Below, one piece after another: positions 1 through 12,319 of a stretch of DNA of 64,000 nucleotides; the first letter of the stretch is position 1; every line of letters begins with the position of its first letter. The notes below the pieces were generated by a model. The model searched no databases. It had not been told where the DNA came from and saw only the letters and a list, made by a program, of their open reading frames with translations. Made by a program: the position numbers and the translations under genes. Source of the DNA: Octopus bimaculoides (Eukaryota); NCBI RefSeq assembly GCF_001194135.2, contig NC_068983.1, forward strand, positions 76,111,339 to 76,175,338, written 5' to 3'.

Positions 1-261
1 ATTTCAGTAATTGACCAGTTAACGATGTTGAAACTGTAAGTCACGACTGGTATGGCTAGAGCATTGATCGCTTCGATCCTGTTTCTCGCGTTCAGCTCTG
101 TCTTCAGTATTGCTCTCACCCTGCGATAACATTCTCTTCTGATCCTTTCCCTCATCACTGAGTGCTTGATATTGTCCCCTTCAATTACCCCTAGGTATTT
201 GTAGCTCTCCGCTGGTTCTAACTCTTTTATGACATTTTGCTGGTCAAGGTTCACATTAGAT

Positions 262-263
<2 letters not shown>
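1..263 (-). mobile_element. R4/Dong-clade (RLE-type) non-LTR retrotransposon, fragment from the C-terminal part of the RT; runs off the window edge
   Basis: Manual minus-strand translation gives NLDQQNVIKELEPAESYKYLGVIEGDNIKHSVMRERIRRECYRRVRAILKTELNARNRIEAINALAIPVVTYSFNIVNWSITE. YKYLG and IN.LAIPVVTYSF..V.W are typical of R4/Dong RTs. Its 5' junction abuts a (TAA)n tract (264-294). Confidence 0.85.
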
Positions 264-296
<33 letters not shown>

Positions 297-499
297 ATCA
301 TTACCTTCTTTCAATATTGTTTCCATTTCTTGCCGAGTGTCTTCCCAACACTTAAGGGAAAAAGGAATAAAAAGAAACAAAGAAAATAAGGTGGAAAAGG
401 AAAAAAGTCACAGTGCAATGCTTTTCTCAATATGTGTGATGTTAATACAATCTTTTGCACATCCTGCATGTATGGTAAGCCAGGGACCATCCTCAAATA

Positions 500-560
<61 letters not shown>
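264..560. repeat. Two (TTA)n arrays (264-294 and 502-560) separating Dong fragments
   Basis: Seen directly in the sequence. Confidence 0.95.
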
Positions 561-1787
561 GCTTTACTTCTCAGAACGTTCTGTCTTGTTTGTTCTAGTA
601 GATTCTGTGAGAGCGGACAGCAACCTGCTCTCAGAGGTCTCATAGGGTCCCTTTCCGCACATTATAAGCTTTGATACTTGGTTCTTAATTATTGTGGGTG
701 ACATTCAACATTCAAGTACCAATCTCAAAATCCAAGCTGTCTCCAGCAGAGCAGATTTTGGGCTTGCTCTGCTCTCATGCCAATTTCGATTTCTCTGACA
801 TATCTCTCGAACTTGGTTGCCGGTGCTCCGAGTGTCCCTACAACTACTGGAATAATAGACACTCTCCTCATAGACCACATTCTTACTATTTCATCTTTTA
901 CTAGTCTGTAATTTTCAATCTTTTCTAGTTCTTTGTGACTTATGCGTGCATCTCCAGGTATTGTTATATCTATGATCTTGGTTTCCTTTTTTCCTTTATC
1001 TACTCCAACATTATCTGGTCTCCGAGCCTCCGAGTCACATTGTTCCTTGTTCTCGGTGACTCCTGTTTCATGTTCGTACCATTTCCGTGCTCTGTTCACA
1101 TAACCTCCTGTGGAGGAAGTTAGCTACGTTATCGTTCTTCCTTTTGAGGAGCTTTTGGGTCAGCTGGCTACACTCATTCACAATAGGTGAGAATGTTGCG
1201 TTTCTGCTGCCACACATCATACAAAGGGGCGACTCACTATACTTGTCTATTTGGAACTTGGTGTAATTAGCTCTCAGAGCTTCTTCCTGGGAGCTGCATA
1301 TCAATGTCTCAGTGTATCCTTTCAGATAAGTTTTTCTTTGCCATCTCCAAGTGTTGATTTTGTCTTTTCCTTCGATTTCTCTGAGGTTTTGCCCATACAG
1401 TGGTTTCATTTTCCCGTTGTTTACCCTTGCTTCTTCCTCTTGTTTCTTAAATGTTTGTGGTGCATCATATTTTCGGTAGGTATTGCATTGTAAACTCTAA
1501 CAGCAGCAAGCAAGGATCCACTCTGCTGTTTGATGTACCATATACGACTGCTTTTCTCGTTGACAACACGGATCTTGCATCTTACGAGACCTCATCCTCC
1601 CCTGTTTCTAAGCACATACAGTCTGTCAGAATCGATTTTGGGGTGTAGTTCCTTGTTAATTTTCATCACTTTTATAGTTTTCCTGTCCATTTCCTCAAGC
1701 TCGTTCTTTGTCCACCTTACAACACCAGCGCCGTAGCGCATTAAGAAAACAGCCAATGTGTTCATTGCTTGATTTCGCTTCTTCCAT
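561..1787 (-). mobile_element. R4/Dong-clade LINE, 5'-truncated 3' portion (end of RT, CCHC region, restriction-like endonuclease, 3' UTR), with stops and frameshifts
   Basis: Minus strand: YGAGVVRWTKNELEEMDRKTIKVMKINKELHPKIDSDRLYVLRNRGG*GL; ORF 1068-1409 LKGYTETLICSSQEEAL...LCMMCG; ORF 725-1099 RRPDNVGVDKGKKETKIIDITIPGD...KELEKIENY...RMWSMRRVSIIPVVVGTLG (PD-(D/E)xK RLE domain). Ends in a (TAA)n tail. Confidence 0.92.
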
Positions 1788-1814
1788 TATTATTATCATT
1801 ATTATTATTATTAC

Positions 1815-1873
<59 letters not shown>
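1788..1873. repeat. (TTA)n microsatellite
   Basis: Seen directly; lies between two Dong-like fragments. Confidence 0.95.
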
Positions 1874-1875
<2 letters not shown>

Positions 1876-2180
1876 CAACTGTTCAACATTTGGATGATTG
1901 AGGCAAATTTCTACTGCATCACATGCTACACCTCCGTGGTGCTAGGGTGTGCGCAGTATTGTGTGTTCTTTTTTGCTGTGTGTTCTTTCTGCTGTATTTG
2001 CTTCCATGTATCTGATACATGATGGAACTTAGGAAATAATATGCTTTTTTCGGGATGGAAAAGTGAACCCACGTGCATAAAGTTCTGTTCTCGGAGGTTT
2101 CTTCGATTAGCATTCCTGTTCGCTGTCAATCTGGCCCTTTCTTAAAGATTTGTATTTCGCATAGATAAACGTGATATACC
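1874..2180 (-). mobile_element. Highly decayed 3' tip of a Dong-like LINE
   Basis: Minus strand encodes QKRTHNTAHTL, resembling the family's terminal QK...TAH(I/T)LR motif. Its 3' UTR (CACACAATACTGCGCAC...TAGCATGTGAT) resembles that of the copy at 47864-48716 (CACACAGTGCTGCGCAC...TAGCATGTGAT). Followed by a (TAA)n tail. Confidence 0.5.
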
Positions 2181-2679
2181 TAGGAAATAAATGCTGCAAA
2201 AGTTTTATGTAATGTGATTTATTTTCAAATATTGCTTTAAACTGTTTATTGTGAACGATCACGACTCGAGTAGATACGCTCATGCTGCTTCTGCGATATT
2301 AAGATCAAATACTTAATGTGTATTTGATTGAAATGTACATGGTATGGATGGTCTTCAATTAATTTCATTCCATATTTTGGAGGTAGCAAACATCTATATA
2401 ATGCTATTTAGTAAATAAGTGTACAAGATATTTAGGAAGAAGCGTATAAATTATTAAGAAAATTGCCCAAAATACATGGTTGTGATTGGTAAGATATAAA
2501 AGTAATTTAACATGTAGAGTCCTACGAACTAAAACTATAATTCAGTACTAAAATATAGAAAACTACATTGAGGAATTATATTAACGAATATAACAGCAGA
2601 ATAAATTGGTAAAATATAATTATTGCGGTAGATAAGATTGATGTACTCAGTTAGAGGTGAAAGGATGAACTGATAATAT

Positions 2680-2784
2680 ATAGATGCATACATGCATGCA
2701 TTCATACATACATACATACATACATACATACATACATACAAAAATACATACATGCATGCATGCATACATACATACATACATACA

Positions 2785-2819
<35 letters not shown>

Positions 2820-2826
2820 GTATGTA
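2680..2826. repeat. (CATA)n / (CATG)n tetranucleotide microsatellite
   Basis: Seen directly. Confidence 0.95.
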
Positions 2827-3353
2827 TAAACAAAACATTCACACACTAAGGCTTGAAATAAGATGTCACTAGTGTGGAAAAAATTAAATTGTTGGCATCA
2901 ACAGTAGTAACATAGGTGGTTCCACAGGTGATATTAACAGTAGTGACATCTTATTTCAAACCTTAGTGTTTGAATGTTTTGTTTATAAATATTTCTGCAT
3001 CATGTGCTGTGTTTTGGGCGCAAAATAAAACCAGTTCACTAACGGAATATAACGTGATGGTCTTGAATTTTTACTAGGTGGTCTGCACTGAAGAGGCTCA
3101 GGGATTAAATTTCCAAAAGCCGAAACTCGGGTATGTAGATGTTTTAAATGACATAAATCTTTCATAGTTGTGCTTTTGAAGGTATTAATTCTTTCCGTTT
3201 CCTCGCCTACCGTTATTTCTCTGTTATCTTGGTGCTTTACAGTAGTTTAATTAAGACTTTAACTCTTATTTCTAGCAGGCTGATGCTTTTCTGCATCGTT
3301 AGGCTTCGTGCTGATTTGTAATTTATATATATACATATATATATATATATATA

Positions 3354-3547
3354 GGGAAGAGTTCACAAAAAAAAAGCAAAAGACGAAGACAGGTGGTGTA
3401 GACAACAAACAGATTTATTAGTTTAACGCTCGGGAAGTGAAAAAGTCTTTAACGTTTCGAGCCTACGCTCTTCCACAGAAAGGAACACAGAAAGAAATAA
3501 GGAGGGAAAATAAAGAATGTGTAGTGGCTAGCGATCTATCATGGCGA
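3354..3547 (-). mobile_element. Short (TA)n-flanked interspersed repeat, copy 1 (possible Penelope-like element terminus)
   Basis: The reverse complement aligns by eye with 13633-13800 and 38612-38771 (shared GAAGAGCGTAGGCTCGAAACGT and CACCACCTGTC..CGTCT blocks). (TA)n on both sides. The Penelope assignment is inference. Confidence 0.6.
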
Positions 3548-4009
3548 ATATATATATATATATATAATGAAGACATCACAAAGAAGTATGGGGAATTATA
3601 CAACTTTAAAATCTGTTTTTTTACAATATGATTCTTATTAAATTCACATTGAATTTCAATCCGACAAGTGCAGGAGTGGAATTTAATGTGAATTTAATGA
3701 GAATAATACTGTAATAAACAAATTTTAAAGACGTAGAATTCTGTATACTTTTTTTATGATGTCATGATTTTATACTCTGTATTATGTATAAAACCCGAGG
3801 AAGCAAACTCAGAATTTATCTATTGAGTGAAGTACCGTGTAATTGTTCATCTTAAACAATCCTGTGTTTCCTATCATTTGGCTACGTACCTGCTAATAAC
3901 GTACTTACCCGGATTCCAAATAGATTTTCCTTAACGTTTTATATATAAAAATTATTATTTATACATATACACACACACACAAATATAATTGTATGTATGT
4001 ATACTCTTT

Positions 4010-4133
4010 TACTCTTTAACGTGTTTCAGTCATTTGACTGTGGCCATGCTGGAACACCGCCTTTTAGTCGAGCAAATCGACCCCAGCATCGGTTGTCAAG
4101 CGATGTTGGGGGGACAAACACAGACACACAAAC
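4010..4133 (-). mobile_element. SINE 3' tail fragment (family with tail GCGGTGCTCCAGCATGGCCGCAGTCAAATGACTGAAAC)
   Basis: Matches 8180-8270 and 40500-40620 (TTTCAGTCATTTGACTG.GGCCATGCTGG..CACCGC). Truncated by an N-gap. Confidence 0.75.
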
Positions 4134-4528
4134 NNNNNNNNNNNNNNNNNNNNNNNNNNNNNNNNNNNNNNNNNNNNNNNNNNNNNNNNNNNNNNNNNNN
4201 NNNNNNNNNNNNNNNNNNNNNNNNNNNNNNNNNNNNNNNNNNNNNNNNNNNNNNNNNNNNNNNNNNNNNNNNNNNNNNNNNNNNNNNNNNNNNNNNNNNN
4301 NNNNNNNNNNNNNNNNNNNNNNNNNNNNNNNNNNNNNNNNNNNNNNNNNNNNNNNNNNNNNNNNNNNNNNNNNNNNNNNNNNNNNNNNNNNNNNNNNNNN
4401 NNNNNNNNNNNNNNNNNNNNNNNNNNNNNNNNNNNNNNNNNNNNNNNNNNNNNNNNNNNNNNNNNNNNNNNNNNNNNNNNNNNNNNNNNNNNNNNNNNNN
4501 NNNNNNNNNNNNNNNNNNNNNNNNNNNN

Positions 4529-4563
<35 letters not shown>

Positions 4564-7252
4564 GGAGAGGGGTAAATAATAAAATAATAACAAGATTTTA
4601 TCACGTCACTCCAAATTTTACAATAACTTATTTCAGGACTTAATAATGCAGATAACTGCTATAAATCCTATTAATGAAAACAAATGAATTACTGGGATAT
4701 TGAGATGAAGCTAAGGCCAAAATAGCATAACTTTCTAATATGGCGTTGTCAAGAAAATGTCTATATTTATATTAAATGAATTTGACATATAAAATATACT
4801 GTGCAGCGAATGAAGAATAGTAAAACAGAGTTTGAATCTGTAAGGACAAAACAAAGAGAAATCTATTTAATGCATTCACATAAATGAGAGTGCATAAATC
4901 ATTTCAGGTATCTAAATTTATTAAAACAGTAAACCTCCAATTACATGGTGGACGTAACATTACTGTGTAAAGATTAGTTCTAATTGAGTATACGATCAAT
5001 GTCTTTAAATCAACTGAATCAACGTCAGAAAATTATTGATACTTATTTTTGAAGTGAAGGTAAAATAACCGTAGACTTGGTCACGTCATGATTTCAGCAC
5101 GTAACATTGAGAGCGGCTATATGAACCAGCGTGCATATTACTAAGTTTCTAAACTAATTACATGATATTATACTCTTCTTAAAGGTCTCACACACACGCA
5201 CGCATATATATANNNNNNNNNNNNNNNNNNNNNNNNNNNNNNNNNNNNNNNNNNNNNNNNNNNNNNNNNNNNNNNNNNNNNNNNNNNNNNNNNNNNNNNN
5301 NNNNNNNNNNNNNNNNNNNNNNNNNNNNNNNNNNNNNNNNNNNNNNNNNNNNNNNNNNNNNNNNNNNNNNNNNNNNNNNNNNNNNNNNNNNNNNNNNNNN
5401 NNNNNNNNNNNNNNNNNNNNNNNNNNNNNNNNNNNNNNNNNNNNNNNNNNNNNNNNNNNNNNNNNNNNNNNNNNNNNNNNNNNNNNNNNNNNNNNNNNNN
5501 NNNNNNNNNNNNNNNNNNNNNNNNNNNNNNNNNNNNNNNNNNNNNNNNNNNNNNNNNNNNNNNNNNNNNNNNNNNNNNNNNNNNNNNNNNNNNNNNNNNN
5601 NNNNNNNNNNNNNNNNNNNNNNNNNNNNNNNNNNNNNNNNNNNNNNNNNNNNNNNNNNNNNNNNNNNNNNNNNNNNNNNNNNNNNNNNNNNNNNNNNNNN
5701 NNNNNNNNNNNNNNNNNNNNNNNNNNNNNNNNNNNNNNNNNNNNNNNNNNNNNNNNNNNTATATATATATGTATATATATATGTAAAGCACATATTTGTA
5801 ATCATCGAATGATACGCCAATTCCTTTGTCTTGTTCGAGGAACCACTGCATCTCAGCTCTCTCGTATGTATACAACTGCAGATATATGACAACATGATTA
5901 CTACTATGAAATGGCAGAGACCAACTGCTCGAATAAGCGAATGAGATGGCGTCACTGAGACTAGCTTTCATCTTTGCCCAGAGCTGATTTCTTTTTTAAC
6001 CTTTATGAATGCTGCGATATTGGAAATACCAATATCTTTTATACCGTTCTACAACAACCCACCGTATTTCTATGTCTCCGTGTGTGCATGTATAAAGAGA
6101 TAGATAGATGACATGATAAATGAATTACACGTGATGCCATAAGTCTTACATGCTCATATACACGCACACATGTAACATTTATTCAAATATAACTGGAATG
6201 ACATACATGCATATACGTACGTATACACAGACGCATACAAATTTCATATGCTTTCAAGAATAAATCACATGTACACAGTACAGTGACGTGTCCAACAAAG
6301 TTGTATCGATGACATGCCCTAAATACAGCACATGCAATCGCAGCCAAGTTGACCAAAGTGAATAGAACTCTACACCTATCTAACGTGACCTGCTTGCCAC
6401 GCGAAAGAAACATTATAATGTCTAACTAATTACGTTATTTGATATCTGTCAAGGCATTCAATATGTCAATACGAAGTTTCATTAGATATTGGCATGATAT
6501 TTCGATACTAGAAGTTTTTCCCCAACTCATACGGACACAAATGGTTATCTATATGCAACCATTCACGCACGCACAAACTATGTCATGTGTGTAAGTATAT
6601 ATATATATATATACATACATGCATACAAAAATCAATCATATATAAATGTGCTTATATGTGTATTTGTGTGTGTGTGTGTGTGTGAACATGTATGTGTGTG
6701 CGTGCGTACGTGCATGCGTGATGTGATGAATTGGTAGAGCAGTTAGAAAAATGTACGAGAATAGCTTGCCGTTTCGTTTCGGCTCTGTATTTCCAGTTCA
6801 AATTCCTTTAATGTTATTTAAAAATCTGGGCAAAATAAATCGTAAATAGATCGTGCCATGATATGAGCAAAGGATATTGAAGACGACTGCATCAATCATG
6901 ACTCTCTTGATATAGATTTTAAAGATGTTCTAAGACAATACTAAAATAACTGAGAAATGTATAGTGTAGATAAACTTTGATTTATTACAGGAAAAACATT
7001 TAACTACGAAAATGGCAGACCGATGTGAAACCTTGAGTTTTCCTCTTGAGCGGCGATAATATCTAAACATTTCCGTTACAGTGCTAGTAACAAAAATTGC
7101 TGCATCTCTGCAACTATCTATCTATCTTTCTGTCTGTCTATCTGTAATTATATATACCGGGAACGTGAAACTCCGAGTAATAGTCTTTTGTTATATTTCT
7201 GCTGCTTTTAAATAAAGCATATAATATATATATAATTTTAGTATAATTTTAA

Positions 7253-8043
7253 TAGAGGGTACACGAGGCGCCTACTTGCTAGAAAGACGAGCTAAGTCCT
7301 CAACTAAACCACCGAATTACACTGCTATACACAACAGATCAACATAAATCTGGAAAATGTGTAAAAATTAACAAATCACCTCAACTCAAAGCTGTAGAAC
7401 GAAGAATCCGATATACCTGGACCATGATTTCGAATTCTGGTTACCGTCTTAATTCTCCTCAGCAAGCATCACCATATGAAAAATTGAACTCACATCGTTA
7501 GAATCCGTGGTGTTCTGAATTGTTTCGCGCCAAATTCAGAATGACTTCAGTGTATACTATTTACACAGGGTTGTCCAAAAGTTACCTGACAGGTAAATTG
7601 AAACCATTTAATTCCACGATTAAAACCAAAAATTATTTTATACGAAACTTCGCTAATAAATAGACAAATGTTAAAAAAAACCCAAAAGCAGGTGATTTTA
7701 ACTCAAAGCATTCTGTTATTAAACATTCATAATTAGAATGAATAAATAAAATTGAATATTAAGTATTTATGGAATTTTGATTTACTGTCGGGTGTCTTTT
7801 GGCCAAACCTATATATAAGAAGTAAATATTCAAACGAATATTCATATAGATGTTATTATTGTTATTATTATCAGCGCTAAATATAAATAATTGATAATAA
7901 CAATAAAAATATAGGTGGTAGGAAGCAATAATAGCGTTAAATAGCTATTTCTGTTGATCTAGTGTATATTTCAGAGTAATTCGGTGGTTTAGCTGAGGAT
8001 TTAGTTTCTCTTTCTAGAAAGTAGGCGCTTCGTGGGCCCTCTA
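7253..8043. mobile_element. MITE with ~90 bp imperfect terminal inverted repeats
   Basis: 7253-7345 (TAGAGGGTACACGAGGCGCCTACTTGCTAGAAAG...CTAAACCACCGAATTAC) is an imperfect reverse complement of ~7950-8043 (...GTAATTCGGTGGTTTAG...CTAGAAAGTAGGCGCTTCGTGGGCCCTCTA). Confidence 0.75.
7566..7811. mobile_element. Tc1/mariner-type MITE nested inside the previous element
   Basis: TIRs CAGGGTTGTCCAAAAGTTACCTGACAG ... CTGTCGGGTGTCTTTTGGCCAAACCTA; same family as 29843-30075. Confidence 0.7.
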
Positions 8044-8179
8044 TTGTAATTGTAAATGTTATTCTCTTTGTATTTAACGCAATTATTGCTTGCTACCATA
8101 TATATTCTTGTTACTATTATCATCTACTATTTATATTTACCGTTGATAATAATAACAATAATAATATCTATTCCTCTAT

Positions 8180-8416
8180 TCTTTTATTCTTTTAATTCTT
8201 TCAGTCATTTGACTGCAGCCATGCTGGTGCACCGCTTTTAGTCGAACAAATCGACCCCAGGACTTTGTAAGCCTAGTACTTATTTGTACTCACAAGGCTT
8301 TGGTCTAACCAAAGCTATAGTAGAAGGCACTTGCCCAAGGTGCCACGCAGTAGGATTAAACCCGGAGCCATGTGGTTGGGAAGCAAGTTTCTTACCACAC
8401 AACCACTCTTGCGCCT
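8180..8416 (-). mobile_element. tRNA-derived SINE, internally deleted (head joined to tail)
   Basis: Reverse complement begins AGGCGCAAGAGTGGTTGTGTGGTAAG (A-box-like), then CCGGGTTTAATCC (B-box-like) and CACCTTGGGCAAGTG, then the same tail as 4010-4133. Confidence 0.8.
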
Positions 8417-8616
8417 ATTTATATGAATATTCATCTATGTGTGCGTCTATGTACGTGTGTTTGTCTTTATCGTCGCATGCGTTTATGTGTATATGTATGT
8501 ATGTATACATATATGTGTATGTATGTAAGTATGTATCTATCTATCTACCTATATATAAATATATAGATACATACTTACAAGGTGAACAAAAGTGTACGTA
8601 CGCCGTTCTATTATGT

Positions 8617-9330
8617 ATAAATTGAAAAAAAATGGAACAAGAACGCAACAAACATCAATACGACAATAAAACATCCGACAGATAGAGGATACAAAGACGG
8701 ACAGGAAGAATATAAGGACGGGCTATTCGCAGTCTTCTCTTATCTGTCGAGTTTCCAGCGCATCCTTACAATTTCGGCCAGTTACACTTGAGACTGTTCA
8801 AATCTGGCTAGCCCCAAAAATCTAAGCTAAGAGTATTAAATTCTTTGGAAGAAAGCAAGCGAATATGTACAGCAAAGACAAAAAACCCGGAGAAAATGTT
8901 ACACAATTACAAATACAGACAACTAGAAAATAACAACAGGTGTATTTCAACCAATAAAGATGAATCAAGTTGAGCTGGCGTGTGTAGATTGAAAGCCTTG
9001 AGGCAGGAACATAGGAGATGAACATAAGAGATGAAAGTCATGAGACACGAATATAAGAGATGCTTCGTGGACGGCAGTCGAGCCAAGAAAGAAAGATCAT
9101 GTTTGACCGAACACCGGTCAGGTGGAATGAAAGGAGAGAGGTAGGGGCAGAGAGATTAGAGAATTAGAGGAAGAACGAGAAAGAGAGGGAATCAAAGGGA
9201 CATACAGAAAGGTACAAGGGAGATAAACGAGTTGGGAATGTTGGCAGATTAAAGAAAAAGAATGTCAAGAACTGTGAGAGAGGGAGAGCGAGAAAAAGAA
9301 AAGAGAAAAGAAAGAAGAAACTATGAGGGG
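8617..9330. mobile_element. Unclassified interspersed repeat; its left end is shared with 23683-23748
   Basis: AAAATGGAACAAGAACGCAA..AACATC (8617-) matches AAAATGGGACAAGAACGCAAAACATC (23680-). Both follow TA-rich sequence. The right boundary is approximate. Confidence 0.45.
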
Positions 9331-12025
9331 GACTAAAATAATGAGTAAAGGTGTTGTACAGAATTTAGATACATGCTAATTAATGAAGTACTTACTAATT
9401 AAGTACGTAGAGCAGTACTGTTTTACATGCAATTGAAGATGATTATTTGTAAAAATCTGTGAAAATACTGGGGTTCATTTGAGACTATAAAACTCTGGAA
9501 GCTCACACAAAACCATAAAGTGCATAATTTCTTTTAAAATTGCGTTTTGCTGAAGCGACAGTGATATGTTCAATTGTATTATTGGAAATGTTGCCTTAAA
9601 GGAGAACATCTTTAAAACTTATGTACCTTGATATGCATTTTTCACCTTTTATACAATGAGACTTGTTACCTGATATTTTAATCTTGAAGACAAGAATTTA
9701 ATGTACTCTAGAAATTCAAGTAAATGCCCATGAAAAAATACTAGTTCGCTTCTCGTAACTTTTCTGTTTTATAATTATTGCAAACGTATTGAAAGACCTA
9801 AGTAAATAATAAATGATTTGAACAATCTTAACGATAGATAAAAATCTTCAGTATGGTTTTGAGGCACTGAACAACAAACATATTTCAATATCAGACAAAA
9901 GTGCATATGGCTCCATTTGAACCCACAGCCTGAGAAAGCTTCCAAATACTGTAGATGTTGATTTTTCATAGACTCTATTATCAGGTACCTTGAAAATATT
10001 TTCCAGTAAGGCTGTGTCAAAACATGTCTATTTTAACATTTAAAATACTCAAGCACTGCTCATGCGAACACATCACCATCGAATCACCACACTCCCATTA
10101 AAACATGAGCCACACTCAGCAAGGAGAACTTTCACAAGTGCTGTAAATGCTGGACATGACTATCGTCGAAAATCCCTTTTGGCCAAAACACACATTCTTA
10201 GCATAGTTAAGGCCGTTCTCCAAAGACTAGACCTCCCTTAGAGCTAGACGATATTTCAGATGCTAACACTCTACAAGGCTCTGTTGAGGTGGACAAAGGC
10301 GTACTGCACCCTAACATCGTAGGAACACTTTCTATAGTGGAGAATAGCATTTTAATGAATGTCTGAATGGCAATTTTATACTGAATGCCAAACGAGAGAT
10401 AAATAAACACCTCCTCCCAAATGGCTCGTGGGTAAATGTGAAGAATTTGTATTTTAAACACCAAGAAATAATGAATGGATAAAACCATTATGGTTTACTT
10501 GAGATACCGAAACGAAAACGAAGTATTGTTTACTATGGACAGTAAAAGTTATACGACCGGAGAAAATATTTTGTGAAAATTAAAAGCATCTAATTAGAAA
10601 CCATATTAATGAAAGTATTAACATTTTAAAATTTAATAAGATATAACAAACAGAAATTCATTTTAAATGCATGTTTGCATGAAGAACACTCTTAGTTAAT
10701 TTAGAAGTGTTTAATTAAAAGCAGCTCTGTAAATAATGATGCATAAGTCAGCAGAAATTATGAGCATTCTCTCTTTGTAACCACTACAGTACCAACATTG
10801 TAGAAGCAACATTTTATTTTTATTTCGGTCGTTTTATATAGTCACCATGCCTTTCACATTACGTCTCAATCTTTCACCTTTACTAATTCTGGTCATTGAA
10901 TAAATATAATTTAACCTTACACTAATGAAAACTTTGCCCAACAAGAGAATGTCCATCAGTTTTTTTTATTTTACATATTGTTTATTTTTCATATAATATG
11001 TATTTTTCGATCTTGCTTGGATTATTCTCTAAACAAACTTGCCCTAATTCCTTCTGCATCTCCAGAGGTTCCCGAATTTTCGTCTCCTCTTTCTTTCCCT
11101 TTTCAGTATCGTCTCAATACTTTTTGCTGAACAAAGGAGGGTGTAAGTGTGGAAGGATATGTTAGTCTTCGGGAGTCTGTGTTTATGCATATGCGCTGGT
11201 ATCTGAACAAAATAAATCAAGCCTGACAAGGGAAATAACTCTCATTCGCCAAAACAAGTATATTCACTTTCAGTACAACAAATATACATACATATATACA
11301 TACATATATTCTTTTACTCTTTTACCTGTTTTGCTGAAGAATAATTGCCAGACAGGAAGAAAAACTAGTATTTTGTTGTATGATATTTTGTCTTATCTCA
11401 AGTGGTCTTCTGAGTGTTACAGAACCGATATGGCTTCGTTGTTAGCCACTCATTGAAACAGCAATGAGAGGTTAACAATCAGCCTTTCGCCTATTGTGAA
11501 AGGCCGATAAAAATTTAGCATTCCTTTCATCATTCATGATAATTATTTTATTTAGTTAATTAAAAAACAAAGTTTCTCAATAGTAATTCATTAATAATTT
11601 AACGTACATATCAGATATAGTTTATATTGCCGACTACTCTAAGCAGTATTTTCTAAGTGTATTCAAGCAAACTGTGATAGTATGGTTTGTTTTCAATATT
11701 TCATTATCAGTAAGAATTATTGTGCCTAGCCGACTTTATACTTATCGACTTCAGCTAACCTACAACAAACGGACTCATAGCTGAGTGCATAGGTTCTAAT
11801 GAAGATGCCAGGTGTTACCCAGGCACTCACCTATGAATTTTCTGCACCTTACAACGGCAAAAGCTGTAAGCCAATGAAGTTTATACGATAATCGTTGATT
11901 TCTTTGTCATCGCTTTTCTTTTCTCATTACCATTCTGTTCTCGACTAACGCTTCGTTCAGAAGCATACGTATATTGAGTTTTACACCCAGGTTATTAGTA
12001 TCACAATGCCTAAGCCAACTATTAA

Positions 12026-12114
<89 letters not shown>

Positions 12115-12319
12115 ATCCATTCAAACTTTTTAAAAATTACTAAGGAAATATTCTATGATAAGATGCACTTGATGAACATCAACAGGACCAGAACATACAC
12201 CAGACAACCTGAATCCAAAAAAAGAAAACGACAAACCGAAAATATACAAGAGCAGCGAAAAGAAATGACTGCGGTATTATTAACGACAATGAACAGAGTC
12301 TTTCAGAACATAACGTTGG

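Noticed and set aside
8700-8790. Possible decayed hammerhead on the minus strand of the 8617 repeat (..CAGATAA..GAAT..GTC)
   Set aside because: The core is too degenerate in this copy to support from the window alone.
9780-10490. Higher-complexity segment with protein-like stretches (e.g. ELDDISDANTLQGSVEVDKGVLHP)
   Set aside because: Interrupted by stops, with no recognisable motif or splice signals; cannot be assigned.
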